Shown: in pieces, positions 22,353 to 32,733 of the stretch
Layout: the number at the start of each line of letters is the position of its first letter
Numbering within the stretch: the stretch's first letter is position 1
DNA from: Mangrovibacter plantisponsor
GTDB taxonomy: Bacteria > Pseudomonadota > Gammaproteobacteria > Enterobacterales > Enterobacteriaceae
Assembly (NCBI RefSeq): GCF_003182475.1
Contig: NZ_QGTS01000001.1
Location: 167,980 to 231,979, forward strand
DNA: 64,000 nt
Direction of reading: 5' to 3'
Made by a program: the position numbers and the translations under genes
Notes under the pieces: generated by a model
The model's input: the letters and a program-made list of their open reading frames with translations, nothing else
What the model was told of the DNA's origin: nothing
Databases searched by the model: none

Positions 22353-23245
22353 GCCCCCTTACGCTTACGCATGACCAGGCGTTCAGCCAGTGTGACCATG
22401 CCGGTTAGTACCAGGCCCAGCAGCGACGCCATCACCAGAGCCGACCAAATCTGCACGGTATTACCGTAATAAGAACCGGTCAGCAGGCGAGCCCCTAACC
22501 CGGCCTGCGCACCTGTAGGCAGTTCTGCCACCATGGTGCCCACCAGCCCACTGGCAATCGCGACACGAAAAGCGGGGAACAAATAAGGCAAAGCGGAAGG
22601 CAGGCGCACCATCCAGAAGATATGGATCCGGCTGGCCGCCCAGGTGTGTACCAGTTCCATCTCCATTTTTTGCGGGGAACGCAGCCCCTGCACAGTGGCT
22701 ATCGTCACCGGGAAAAAGCACAAATACATGGCGATGGTGGCTTTCGGCAACATACCTGTTATCCCCATGCTGCCGAGAATGATCAGTACGATGGGAGCAA
22801 TAGCCAGTACCGGAATGGTTTGTGAGGCTACAATCCACGGCAGCAATGCTTTATCCAGGGTGCGAGAATGAACGATACACACTGCCAGCAAAATCCCCAA
22901 CACCACCCCCATGGCGAAACCGGTTAATGCGGCGCTGGCCGTTACCCAGGTGTGCAACAGCAGGTTACGCGGCGATGTTACCGGCCATTGAGTGAGGCTG
23001 TTCCAGATATCAGCAACAATTTGGTGGGGAGCAGGCAGTAACGGGCGAGTGGCATTCAGTGAGGCAACAATCAGATCTGCCGTGTTCCAGGAAGCCCGGT
23101 GGGACAACACCCGGTCAATGGTGCCATGGGCATTCAGCGCCACAGCCAGGGCGTACCACAGCACGACCACTGCCAGCAGTACCACACTGACGGGCAGCGT
23201 ATGGAACGTTAAACGCCTGCCCCAGGAGAGCGTTCTAGTGGTCAT
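22349..23245 (-). CDS. ABC transporter permease (NitT/TauT family)
   Basis: Second permease. 4-nt overlap with the neighbouring permease gene. Confidence 0.75.
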   Translation of the reverse strand: MTTRTLSWGRRLTFHTLPVSVVLLAVVVLWYALAVALNAHGTIDRVLSHRASWNTADLIVASLNATRPLLPAPHQIVADIWNSLTQWPVTSPRNLLLHTWVTASAALTGFAMGVVLGILLAVCIVHSRTLDKALLPWIVASQTIPVLAIAPIVLIILGSMGITGMLPKATIAMYLCFFPVTIATVQGLRSPQKMEMELVHTWAASRIHIFWMVRLPSALPYLFPAFRVAIASGLVGTMVAELPTGAQAGLGARLLTGSYYGNTVQIWSALVMASLLGLVLTGMVTLAERLVMRKRKGA

Positions 23246-24068
23246 GATGCCCCTCCACCAGCGCTTCCCTCACCGCCTGAGATAACTGCATAAATGCAGC
23301 TGTGTCGCGGATTGACAGGTCGCGCTCAGCAGGCAGGGGCGAATCAATCACTTTAATAATGCGCCCGGGCCGTGGAGACATAATGACGATTTTGGTGGAC
23401 AGGTACACTGCCTCAGAAATGGAGTGGGTCACGAACACCATAGTGCGTTGCTCGTGATACCACAGTTGCTGCAGTTGTTGGTTGAGGTTGTCGCGGGTCA
23501 GTTCATCCAGCGCGCCGAAAGGTTCATCCATCATCAATATTTTGGGTTCAAAACCTAAAGCACGGGCAATGGAGACACGCTGCTGCATGCCGCCGGATAA
23601 CTGCCAGGGGTACTTTTTCTCAAACCCTTTCAGCCCAACACGGGCCAGTTGCTCACGGGCAATTTCATCACACCGGCCTGGCGGCACACCCTGAATTTGT
23701 AACGGCAACATGACATTTGCCAGCACCGTGCGCCACGGGAGCAATACCGGTGCCTGGAAGACATAACCATAAGCCCCGGCCTGGCGGGCTTCAGAAGGAG
23801 ACATATCGTTGACCAGCAACTCACCTGAACTCACCTGTTCGAGATCGGCAATGGCACGCAGTAAGGTTGTTTTTCCGCAACCGGACGGCCCAATGAAAGA
23901 GACAAACTCACCCTGGCGAATTGTCAGATTCACATCTTTAAGTGCATGTACTGGCTGGTCTGCCGCCGGGTAAATGACATTTACATCACGCACCGTAACG
24001 GCTGGCCGTGCCGTGGCAGGCTTTAAGGACACCACGGCAGACTCTTCCTCATACATTAGCTGGCTCAT
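23235..24068 (-). CDS. ABC transporter ATP-binding protein (NitT/TauT family)
   Basis: Start at Met85 of the ORF (MSQLMYEEE..) behind GGGGAG. Walker A GPSGCGKTT, signature LSGGMQQRVSIARAL. Confidence 0.85.
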   Translation of the reverse strand: MSQLMYEEESAVVSLKPATARPAVTVRDVNVIYPAADQPVHALKDVNLTIRQGEFVSFIGPSGCGKTTLLRAIADLEQVSSGELLVNDMSPSEARQAGAYGYVFQAPVLLPWRTVLANVMLPLQIQGVPPGRCDEIAREQLARVGLKGFEKKYPWQLSGGMQQRVSIARALGFEPKILMMDEPFGALDELTRDNLNQQLQQLWYHEQRTMVFVTHSISEAVYLSTKIVIMSPRPGRIIKVIDSPLPAERDLSIRDTAAFMQLSQAVREALVEGHHDH

Positions 24069-24539
24069 TCCCCTGCTCCCCCTGTCAATTTTTGACTGGT
24101 TGGTTAAGTTTCTCTTGGTTATGCCATTTTTGTGCCAGAGTGAAAAACCGCAAGAACACAGCACGTTTAAAGCAATTGGCGGCAGGATATGAACTTTTAT
24201 TGACCATATGTGGTGCAAAAAACAGCAGAGTTGCTTTGTGATGGGGCAAGGAAAGTACGTGGGCAATAAAACTGTGGTCAGGGCTGCCCAAAAAGTGATG
24301 AAAAAGGCAGCAACTGCCATCCTATAAAAGGCTCGCAGTTGCAGTTAGTGACAGATGCCCACAACCGCTGTGGCAGTTGGTGGAAAAACCAGCAAAAATA
24401 CCGTCATGGCTATCAGAATGACTAATATCTGTAGCCCGATGCTGAACATTCTTTCTGCCAGAACAGCAACACTGGCATAACCGGCAAAAAACGGTATGGT
24501 TTGCTGATGAAAATTGTTGATGACTTTCAGGAACTCCCC

Positions 24540-25391
24540 ATGGAAAACCCGCTTACCTTCCACCGCTACCACGGCCTTGGCAACGACTACCTGGTCTGCC
24601 ACCACAGTGTGGCTGCGCAACTGACTAACCAGCAGATCCAGCGTATTTGTGACCGCCATTACGGCATTGGCTCCGATGGCCTGTTGGTGGATGGCGATGA
24701 CGGCGATATCCCCACATTGCGTATTATTAACCCCGATGCTTCAGAAGCCGAGAAAAGCGGAAATGGGCTCAGGATCTATGCCCGTTATCTGTTCGATTGC
24801 GGCCGTGTGGCGCACACGCCTTTTAAGGTAAACACCCTGGGCGGCCAGGTTTCCTGCCTGGTGGAAGAAGGGGCACATCAGGTAGTTGTCGATATGGGCG
24901 AAGCCCGTTTTAACCCTGCCGCCCTGCCAGCATTAGTAGAAGGCACAGAAGCACTGGCTCTGCCATTAATGCTGGGTGGCAAATCCTGGCAGGCAACGCT
25001 GGTATCTATGGGTAACCCACATTGTGTTATCCGTGTGGAAAAGCTCGACCTGGAGCTGGTCCGGCAGTTGGGTGGGCAAGTGGAAACCCTGCCATTATTC
25101 CCCCGGCGCACTAATGTGCAGTTTGTGGAAGTTGTGGACCGCAATAATATCAATATTGGTATCTGGGAGCGGGGAGCCGGTTATACCCTGGCTTCCGGCA
25201 GCAGCAGTTGTGCCGCCGCCAGTGCCATGTACAAACTGGGGTTAGTGGATGAACAAGTCACCGTGCATATGCCTGGCGGGCAGCTCACTATCACACTGAA
25301 TAAAGATTTCCAGGTCAGAATGCGCGGCCCGGTGCAGAAAGTTGCTACTATTCAGCTGGATAACGACTGTTTTTTTGATATGCACAGTTAA
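24540..25391 (+). CDS. diaminopimelate epimerase family protein (DapF-like paralog)
   Basis: GLGNDY, SMGNPHCV and GSGSSSCAAA catalytic Cys motifs alignable to E. coli DapF. Start at Met14 behind AGGAA. Confidence 0.7.
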   Translation: MENPLTFHRYHGLGNDYLVCHHSVAAQLTNQQIQRICDRHYGIGSDGLLVDGDDGDIPTLRIINPDASEAEKSGNGLRIYARYLFDCGRVAHTPFKVNTLGGQVSCLVEEGAHQVVVDMGEARFNPAALPALVEGTEALALPLMLGGKSWQATLVSMGNPHCVIRVEKLDLELVRQLGGQVETLPLFPRRTNVQFVEVVDRNNINIGIWERGAGYTLASGSSSCAAASAMYKLGLVDEQVTVHMPGGQLTITLNKDFQVRMRGPVQKVATIQLDNDCFFDMHS

Positions 25392-25549
25392 GCTCATACT
25401 AAGCCCGGTATATAACCGGGCTTCGCTTTTTGCTCACAAAACCCCACCGGATCAGTGTATTCCCTTCAAGTTATTCCCCGATTAGTCGATAGCAGATAGA
25501 TAAAAAAATAATTTCCTGCCTATAACTTGTTACTCACCGGGAGTTCAGA

Positions 25550-27148
25550 ATGAAAATGACCGTTCGGGCGCGTTTAATCGGTATAATTGGTTTTCTCTGT
25601 ATTTTACTAGTGATCACCTCCGTTTGGGGGATCTTTGGCCTGCACAGTGCAGAACAGCGAGCAGAAAGCACCTACCGTACTGAACTGCTGCCCTTGCAAT
25701 ACTCTTCCCGTTTGTACCGCATGGTGCAAAACCAGTCTTCTACATTATTCGAAGCGTTACGTTACTGGACCAGTGCCAGTGAAGTAGAAACTCGTCTGAC
25801 CGTTATTCAGGAAGACAGTGAAAAAATTGCCGCCGCCCGTAAAGCCTGGGCTGGCCTGGATACTCATAAAGACATTGCCGGGTTGCGCGACAGTTTTTTC
25901 CAGGATCTCGACAACTACCAACAGGCACTGAATGAAGCCGGGGGGTTGCTCAAACAAGGTAACCCTTCCGCTGCGCTGGTGGTGATTGAAACCCGCCTTC
26001 GGGTGCATTCACGGGCAATGGCAAAGAATATTGATACCCTCGATGCACAAATGCGCACGCTGGCAGAGAAGAATTACCAGCAAAGTAACAACGCCTATCT
26101 GCTGGCGCGTAACAGCCTGATAGTGATGCTGATTGTCGGGTTACTGGCAGGCATTATCGCAGGCTGGCTGCTGATTCGCTCATTACACCAGACACTTTCC
26201 CGCGCCCGTAACCTGGCGGAATCCATTGCCAATGGTGAACTGAACCACCGTGTCACCGCCAGCACACGTGACGAACTTGGGGAACTGATGCAGTCACTCG
26301 CCACGATGGATGTGCGCTTGTCAGATATTGTGCAGGATGTCAGTAGCAGCGCAGATATTCTGCGTGATGCGGCTCGCCAGATGGCTCAGGGCAACGACGA
26401 CCTTTCCGAACGCACTCACTCCCAAGCCAGTTCACTGGAGGAAACCGCTGCCAGCATGGAGCAAATGACGGCCACCGTGAAACACAACGCGGAAAATGCT
26501 TCACAGGCAGATGCACTGGCAACCACCGTGCGCGAACAGGCACAACGTGGTAGCGATGTCTTAAACAGCGCGGTAAGCGCCATGCGTGAAATTGAAGAAG
26601 CCAGTAACCAAATTGCCGATATCAACCGGGTGATTGATGAACTGGCCTTCCAGACTAACTTACTGGCACTGAACGCTGCGGTGGAAGCCGCAAGAGCGGG
26701 TGAGCAAGGGCGTGGTTTTGCCGTAGTTGCCACCGAAGTGCGCCAGTTAGCCCAGCGCTCAGCTAAAGCTGCAGCAGAGATCAAAACCCTGATAGACGCC
26801 AGCGTGAGCAAAATTAACACCGGGAGTAACCTGGTCAGCCGCTCCGGTGACATGCTGAATGAAATTAACCAGGGCGTTGAACGCGTGGTTCATATTGTGG
26901 GTGAAATTGCAGTTGCCAGCCGGGAACAATCAAGCGGCATTGAGCAAGTCAATGCGGCAGTAAACCTGATGGATACGGCTATTCAGCAAAACGCCTCGCT
27001 GGTACAGGAAGCAAGCCATGCCAGCCAGACTGTACGCCAGCACGCTGACTTGTTGGTGGAAAAAATGGCCTTTTTCCACACACAAAATAGTAAAGCCACG
27101 CGGCAGGGAACGGCAACGCACACTGCGATTGAATACAAGGAGGCATGA
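25550..27148 (+). CDS. methyl-accepting chemotaxis protein with periplasmic four-helix-bundle sensor, HAMP and MA domains
   Basis: 2 TM topology. Conserved MCP signalling hairpin (..AFQTNLLALNAAVEAARAGEQGRGFAVVATEVRQLA..). Confidence 0.9.
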   Translation: MKMTVRARLIGIIGFLCILLVITSVWGIFGLHSAEQRAESTYRTELLPLQYSSRLYRMVQNQSSTLFEALRYWTSASEVETRLTVIQEDSEKIAAARKAWAGLDTHKDIAGLRDSFFQDLDNYQQALNEAGGLLKQGNPSAALVVIETRLRVHSRAMAKNIDTLDAQMRTLAEKNYQQSNNAYLLARNSLIVMLIVGLLAGIIAGWLLIRSLHQTLSRARNLAESIANGELNHRVTASTRDELGELMQSLATMDVRLSDIVQDVSSSADILRDAARQMAQGNDDLSERTHSQASSLEETAASMEQMTATVKHNAENASQADALATTVREQAQRGSDVLNSAVSAMREIEEASNQIADINRVIDELAFQTNLLALNAAVEAARAGEQGRGFAVVATEVRQLAQRSAKAAAEIKTLIDASVSKINTGSNLVSRSGDMLNEINQGVERVVHIVGEIAVASREQSSGIEQVNAAVNLMDTAIQQNASLVQEASHASQTVRQHADLLVEKMAFFHTQNSKATRQGTATHTAIEYKEA

Positions 27149-28440
27149 TGAGCAAGTTACTGGCCTCACTTTGTCTGGTATTCCCGGTGCTCGGCTGGGC
27201 CGACACTACACTGAAAATCGCCACCATCAGTAATGGCGACATGACGATTATGCAACAACTTTCAGACCGGTATGAGCAGTCTCACCCGGGCGTCCATTTG
27301 CAGTGGCATGTAATGGACGATGGCACACTGAGAAAAACGATTTATTCCTCAATGGAAGGTAACGGCGAACGTTTTGATGTGATTACCGTCGGCACATACG
27401 AAGCACCGTTATGGGGAGAGAAAGGCTGGCTTGCGCCACTGAACAATTTACCCGACAGTTATGACGTGAACGATTTACTGCCCCCATTGCGCAAGGCACT
27501 TTCATGGCATAACACGCTGTATGCCCTGCCGTTTTATGGTGAAAGCAGTATGACGTATTACCGCAAAGATTTGTTTGCCGCAAAAGGGCTGAGCATGCCG
27601 GCAGAACCCACCTGGCAGGATATTCAGCATTTTGCAGCCGAACTGACGGACAAGAGCAAAGGCATTTATGGTTTGTGCCTGCGCGGGCAACCAGGCTGGG
27701 GCGATAACGTTGCGCTTATCAACACAATTGCCAACGCTTATGGTGCGCAGTGGTTCGATGAAAGCTGGACACCAACCATGAATACACCGGAGTGGCGGCG
27801 GGTTCTGACTGACTATGTCGCAATGGTGCATGAGTACGGCCCACCCGATACAGTAGACAACAGTTTTGGGCAGATCCTGCGCCTGACGGCACAGGGGGAA
27901 TGCGCCATGTGGGTGGACAGTACCGTTGCCGCCGGGCTGCTGACCAACCCGCAAATTTCGCTGGTGGCCGACAAACTGGGGTTTGCTTCAGCGCCCCATG
28001 ATATTACCCGCAATGGCTCTCATTGGTTATGGGCATGGGCGCTGGCGGTACCCGCTAACAGTTCCCAGCGGGAACAGGCAGTAGATTTCATCGCCTGGGC
28101 CACTTCACGTGGGTATATCCAGGAAGTTGCCAAAGTGGTGGGCTGGGGGTCTGTTCCTCCGGGTAGCAGGCAATCGACCTATGCTGAAGCAGGCTACCAG
28201 GCACTGGCACCCTATGCCAAACAAGTGCTGGCCGCCATGGAAACGGCCTCACCGGAAACACCGACACTGAACCCGGTACCCTACCAGGGGATTCAGTATG
28301 TCAGTATCCCCGGGTTTGACCAGATGGGCAGCCAGGTGGCACAAAACATCGCTAACCTGTTAACGGGCAAACTGACAGTGGATGAAACGCTGAGTGCCAA
28401 CCAGCAGGCTGTGCTGGATGTCCGGCAGAAAATCCACTAA
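27145..28440 (+). CDS. extracellular solute-binding protein family 1 (sugar/polyol-type SBP), orphan
   Basis: Signal peptide, ~43-kDa family-1 SBP. ATG overlaps the MCP stop (ATGA). RBS AAGGAGG lies inside the MCP 3' end. No ABC permease or ATPase genes adjacent. Confidence 0.8.
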   Translation: MMSKLLASLCLVFPVLGWADTTLKIATISNGDMTIMQQLSDRYEQSHPGVHLQWHVMDDGTLRKTIYSSMEGNGERFDVITVGTYEAPLWGEKGWLAPLNNLPDSYDVNDLLPPLRKALSWHNTLYALPFYGESSMTYYRKDLFAAKGLSMPAEPTWQDIQHFAAELTDKSKGIYGLCLRGQPGWGDNVALINTIANAYGAQWFDESWTPTMNTPEWRRVLTDYVAMVHEYGPPDTVDNSFGQILRLTAQGECAMWVDSTVAAGLLTNPQISLVADKLGFASAPHDITRNGSHWLWAWALAVPANSSQREQAVDFIAWATSRGYIQEVAKVVGWGSVPPGSRQSTYAEAGYQALAPYAKQVLAAMETASPETPTLNPVPYQGIQYVSIPGFDQMGSQVAQNIANLLTGKLTVDETLSANQQAVLDVRQKIH

Positions 28441-28453
28441 CCCCAAAGGATAA

Positions 28454-28488
28454 CTGCCCCATGCTTAATCAACTGGGGCAGTATTTTC
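28454..28488 (+). terminator. rho-independent terminator after the SBP gene
   Basis: ctgcccc-N14-ggggcag stem followed by tattttc. Confidence 0.6.
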
Positions 28489-28494
28489 AGGATG

Positions 28495-29511
28495 TTATTT
28501 ACCGCTGACGGCAGCCATACCTTTTAATAACGCGGCATTAAACACCGCCGGGTCCTGAATTTGTGGGGCGTGGCCCAGATTATCGAATTCAACCAACGTG
28601 GCGTGAGGCATTTTGCTGGCCGCTTCTTTGCCCAAAACCGCATAGTTACCCAGAGTGGCCTGCACCGAAGGCGGCGCACCATCTTTACCCGGCGCGGTAT
28701 TGTCTTTCTTACCCACCATAAGCAGCACTGGCATGTGTAAATCACCCCATTCATACATAACGGGCTGGGTGTAAATCATGTCGTACAGTTGTGCCGAGTT
28801 CCAGGCTATACGCTGTTTGCCCGGGCCGTTATACATACCCGCCAGCATGTTCACCCATTTATCCCATTCAGGTTGCCACTCACCGGCATAGTAAGTGTGC
28901 TGTTCATATTTGCGAATAGAAGCTGCCGTGGTTTTCAGCTCTTTTTGGTACCACTGGTCGATAGTACGGTAAGGTACGCCTTTGCGTTTCAGATCTTCCA
29001 GACCAACCGGGTCCACCAGAATCAGTTGCGACACGGAATCCGGGTACATCAGTGCAAAACGTGTCGCCAGCATCCCACCGGTAGAGTGCCCCATCAGGCG
29101 AAAGCGGGTTATTCCCAGGTGGTTCAGCAACTGGTGGGTATTTTCTGCCAGTTGCTGAAAACTAAACTGGTAAGCTGCCGGTTTGCTGGATTTGCAAAAA
29201 CCGATTTGGTCCGGTGCTATTACCCGGTAGCCCTGTTCTGACAACAAGCGAATGGTGCCTTCCCAGGTATCTGAGCAAAAGTTTTTGCCATGCATCAGTA
29301 CCGCCACCTGCCCATTCGCTTTTTCCGGGCGAATATCCAGGTACGCCATCTCCAGGGACTGCCCCTGGGAGGTAAAGGTAAAATGCCGGGCAGGCCAGGC
29401 GTAGTTAAAACCTTCCAGTTGCAGCCCATAGCTGGGGGTTTGCGTTTGTGCCCATACAGGAAAAGCACAACAAATCGACAGTAAAGCTGCAGGTAAAACA
29501 CGTATTCCCAT
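28495..29511 (-). CDS. secreted alpha/beta-fold hydrolase
   Basis: Signal peptide, nucleophile elbow GHSTGG. Confidence 0.8.
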   Translation of the reverse strand: MGIRVLPAALLSICCAFPVWAQTQTPSYGLQLEGFNYAWPARHFTFTSQGQSLEMAYLDIRPEKANGQVAVLMHGKNFCSDTWEGTIRLLSEQGYRVIAPDQIGFCKSSKPAAYQFSFQQLAENTHQLLNHLGITRFRLMGHSTGGMLATRFALMYPDSVSQLILVDPVGLEDLKRKGVPYRTIDQWYQKELKTTAASIRKYEQHTYYAGEWQPEWDKWVNMLAGMYNGPGKQRIAWNSAQLYDMIYTQPVMYEWGDLHMPVLLMVGKKDNTAPGKDGAPPSVQATLGNYAVLGKEAASKMPHATLVEFDNLGHAPQIQDPAVFNAALLKGMAAVSGK

Positions 29512-29638
29512 TATCCACCTCCATAGAAAAGCCAGGCACCAGGTATAACGGTTTCAGTTAAGTTACGGGGGGAAAACGTGCTATTTGCGGTGAGTGAGGC
29601 AAGAAATACACGGCCTGCTGTTATTGCAGGCCGTGGTT

Positions 29639-30475
29639 TCAGCGCGCAACATGAATGCGTTTTTTAACATCTTTCAGAAATAACGTGAGCGTGAAACTCA
29701 TTAATACCAGTAAACTCCATGAGCTCCATTTGCCCACATGAACCACTGACCAGGCACCCAGTTGGTTGGGGTAACGCCACACGCCCATAAATGTGCTGAT
29801 GTTCTCCGCCAGCCAGATAAAAAAACCGACCAGCATAAACCCAACCAGTAACGGCATTTTGCGGGGTTTATCGTAAGGCGTGAACACCACTTCACTACGC
29901 GCATACAGCCCAACCACCAGCGCAGTAATATACCAGCGGTAATCGCCAATATAATGATGAGTGAAAAAATTCAGGTAAATCAATAATGAGGCAATAACCG
30001 CAAACCCCAGAGGCGGGTGGTGGCGAATATGTAAATCCAGCAAACGCCAGGCCTGAATAATATAACTGCCAACGGCGGCATACATAAACCCGGCAAATAA
30101 CGGCACGCCGCCTACTTTACTCCAGGCAAAATCCGGGTAACTCCAGGCACCAATAGCAGAAGAGGTTTTAAATAACTCAAGAATAAACCCAACAATGTGA
30201 AACAAGGTGATGGCTTTAAACTCATCCCAGGTTTCCAGTTTGGTTGCCAGCATCAGTGCCTGAATACCCAGGGCAATAATCAGCAGCAGATCATAACGCG
30301 CCAGCGGGCCAACCCCGCTGCGTGGCACCACAAACATCGCCAGAAAGAAAAGCCCGGCAAACAAGCAGGCCCGGGCTTCTTTCAGGCCAAACCACAACAA
30401 TTCAAAGAAAAAGCGCCGCACACCGGACATCAACCGGTTGGAGCCCGGGTACGGAAGTAATTCGGGGGGTGTCAT
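29639..30475 (-). CDS. DUF817-family integral membrane protein
   Basis: Polytopic, 278 aa, sequence typical of the DUF817 family. Confidence 0.65.
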   Translation of the reverse strand: MTPPELLPYPGSNRLMSGVRRFFFELLWFGLKEARACLFAGLFFLAMFVVPRSGVGPLARYDLLLIIALGIQALMLATKLETWDEFKAITLFHIVGFILELFKTSSAIGAWSYPDFAWSKVGGVPLFAGFMYAAVGSYIIQAWRLLDLHIRHHPPLGFAVIASLLIYLNFFTHHYIGDYRWYITALVVGLYARSEVVFTPYDKPRKMPLLVGFMLVGFFIWLAENISTFMGVWRYPNQLGAWSVVHVGKWSSWSLLVLMSFTLTLFLKDVKKRIHVAR

Positions 30476-30618
30476 TTAGCTTCCCTGCATCTTAGTCAGG
30501 TAAATCGCCGCCAGGGTTTCTGGCGGCGGAAAAGTGTACTATTTTGCTATAAAACAATGGGTAATAATAGAAGATGCTCCCCACCAAAAAAGGTTGTACA
30601 GACCACAAACAGGTGCCG

Positions 30619-31404
30619 TTACCCCATTACCGTGCGGTACAGCAGGCTGTCGAGCGCCCCTGTTTTACCCGTTGCGCTCAGGGGTAATTCCGGTGGGATT
30701 TCCCCTCTTGCCAGTTCGTGTTCAATAAACGCATGCAAGTGCTCCCTGCGCGGGCCATACCCGGCTTCCCCGGTGCGCTGTTTAATTTCCAGTAACTGGT
30801 CTATTTCTGCCAGAAGGCTGGCATCAGTAACTGTTTTTGCCAGTAATTCGCGGAACAGTACGGGTGGTTGCCCCAGCCCGGCCTCAATCCAGCGCACTGC
30901 CAGTAAAGGCCGCAGCACATAAAAGTACTTTTTCAGTCGTACCGAGTCACCCTGCAAATAACCGCGAAAGTTTTTGCGCGCCATTGAGTAATAGTGCCAG
31001 CGAGCTCTGACAGGTGAAAACCAGTCTGGTTGCTGTGCACGCAACTCGGCCATCACACTTTCATCCTGCTGGTAAACCACCGGGGAGTTCAGCCATTCGA
31101 GCAATGTAGGGTTGGCGGCTTTTAATAGCCCCAGTGCTTTGCGCCACTCCCAGCCACTGACATCCAGCTCATCATCAATGGGAAGCTCGATGACATCGCG
31201 TTGCGGTTCAACCCGCAGGTACCACTCAGCCGGGTGAACATATAAAAACCGGACATCGTAGTCGCTGTCTGGTGAGGCAAAGCCCCACCCACGGCTCCCG
31301 GATTCACAGGCATAAAGCACTTTCACCCCAAACCGGCTTTCTACAGATTGTAATGTGTGCCGCACACGGCTTTGCATGGCGGCGTCCACTGCTAATATTG
31401 CCAT
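30619..31404 (-). CDS. pol-beta superfamily nucleotidyltransferase (RlaP/PF10127-like predicted NTase)
   Basis: Start at Met14 behind GGAG. NTase motif YACESGSRGWGFASPDSDYDVRF (hG[GS]...D.D). About 32 bp downstream of the SPFH gene. Confidence 0.7.
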   Translation of the reverse strand: MAILAVDAAMQSRVRHTLQSVESRFGVKVLYACESGSRGWGFASPDSDYDVRFLYVHPAEWYLRVEPQRDVIELPIDDELDVSGWEWRKALGLLKAANPTLLEWLNSPVVYQQDESVMAELRAQQPDWFSPVRARWHYYSMARKNFRGYLQGDSVRLKKYFYVLRPLLAVRWIEAGLGQPPVLFRELLAKTVTDASLLAEIDQLLEIKQRTGEAGYGPRREHLHAFIEHELARGEIPPELPLSATGKTGALDSLLYRTVMG

Positions 31405-31435
31405 TTTCTTCTCCTTTTTGTGGCCTGTTGCCGGG

Positions 31436-32566
31436 TTACACATTAATTTTCACTAAACCCTGTAATACCTGGTCCAGCCCGCCAAATACTGAAATTTTAT
31501 CAATACGTTCAGCCACTTTTTCCAGGGTTTCCATTTCTTTAAGCCGCAACGCGACCGGGTTGTTTTCCATCACTTTGGCTGTATTCAGCAAAGATCGGGT
31601 TGCTGCTGTTTCTTCACGACGGCGGATGACATTTGCCTGCGCTGATTTTTCCGCTTCCACCAGCCGGGTTAAAATCGCCTTCATATCACCAGGCAAGATA
31701 ATGTCCTTCACACCGACAGACGCAATTTCAATACCAAAGAGAGCCAGCCGCTGTGTTACCTGCTCACCCACGATGCCGTCCAGCACCAGTTTGTCTTCCA
31801 ACAATTCGTCCAGTGAGCGGGTTCCCACGGCCTGGCGCAGCGCGAACTGGACTTCGCGGTACAGGTATTCCAGTGGCTTAGTCAGTTGAGCAAATGCGCT
31901 CAATACATCCTGGTAGCGCCAGTTCACCGCCATATTCAGGCGAATGCTGACTTTATCTTTTGTCAGGATCTCCTGGCCGCTCACTTCCAGCGCCTGTAAG
32001 CGCATATCCACCACTTCGGCTTCCACCTGGTGGTTTACCTTCCAGTACGCATGAACGCCGGGTGGTAACAGTTCCTGGGTTACACCATCTATTTTCAGTA
32101 CCCCAGTATGCCAGGCAGGGACTTGTACGCTCAGCACAAGGTCGCGGCCTTTAACCGCTGCACTACCAGTGCGTGATTTCACCAGCAGGTTTTGCAGCGC
32201 TTCTGGCAACTTCACATCCTGAACTTCTACGCGTTCCAGGCGTAATGCGCCCTGGTTCTGCCAGTACAGACGGCGCGTTGAAGGGGGAATCAGTGCCTGT
32301 AACACGCCATCGCAGTACAACACACCCACTTCATCTTCACCGGTGTCTGCTTCCAGGCAATAACGCGCCACCCACTCGGGTTTGTAGTGGCGTAAATAGC
32401 CACTGAGTTCATCATCCACCATGCTGCCATCCAGTTTTATCAACTGCACTTCGGCAGCCGAAAACCAGGGTAAACGGTGCTGGCCCGCTTCCAGAATTTT
32501 TTCAATTTCTTCGTGTTGCGCCAGCAAACCAATCTGACCTTTCCGTATTGTGATTTTTTTAGCCAT
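31436..32566 (-). CDS. SPFH/band-7 (slipin-like) domain protein with a unique ~150-aa N-terminal domain; no TM segment
   Basis: Start at Met27 behind AAGGAAA. C-terminal half matches SPFH cores (..IRLNMAVNWRYQDVLSAF.. ..RLALFGIEIASVGVKDIILPGDMKAIL.. ..EAEKSAQANVIRRREETAA..). Confidence 0.75.
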   Translation of the reverse strand: MAKKITIRKGQIGLLAQHEEIEKILEAGQHRLPWFSAAEVQLIKLDGSMVDDELSGYLRHYKPEWVARYCLEADTGEDEVGVLYCDGVLQALIPPSTRRLYWQNQGALRLERVEVQDVKLPEALQNLLVKSRTGSAAVKGRDLVLSVQVPAWHTGVLKIDGVTQELLPPGVHAYWKVNHQVEAEVVDMRLQALEVSGQEILTKDKVSIRLNMAVNWRYQDVLSAFAQLTKPLEYLYREVQFALRQAVGTRSLDELLEDKLVLDGIVGEQVTQRLALFGIEIASVGVKDIILPGDMKAILTRLVEAEKSAQANVIRRREETAATRSLLNTAKVMENNPVALRLKEMETLEKVAERIDKISVFGGLDQVLQGLVKINV

Positions 32567-32733
32567 GTTGTTTTCCTTTTTCTTAATACCGGTGCAACCA
32601 CGGATGCAGGGGCGAAACCGCAGGGGAAACGTTGTTTTGCCCACGGCCCGGCACCATTACCGGTGGTTGCCTGGGGGCTACTCCATACTGGCTGTAACCC
32701 GTTGTACTGCGAAAGTTGTTTCACTCATTCAAT

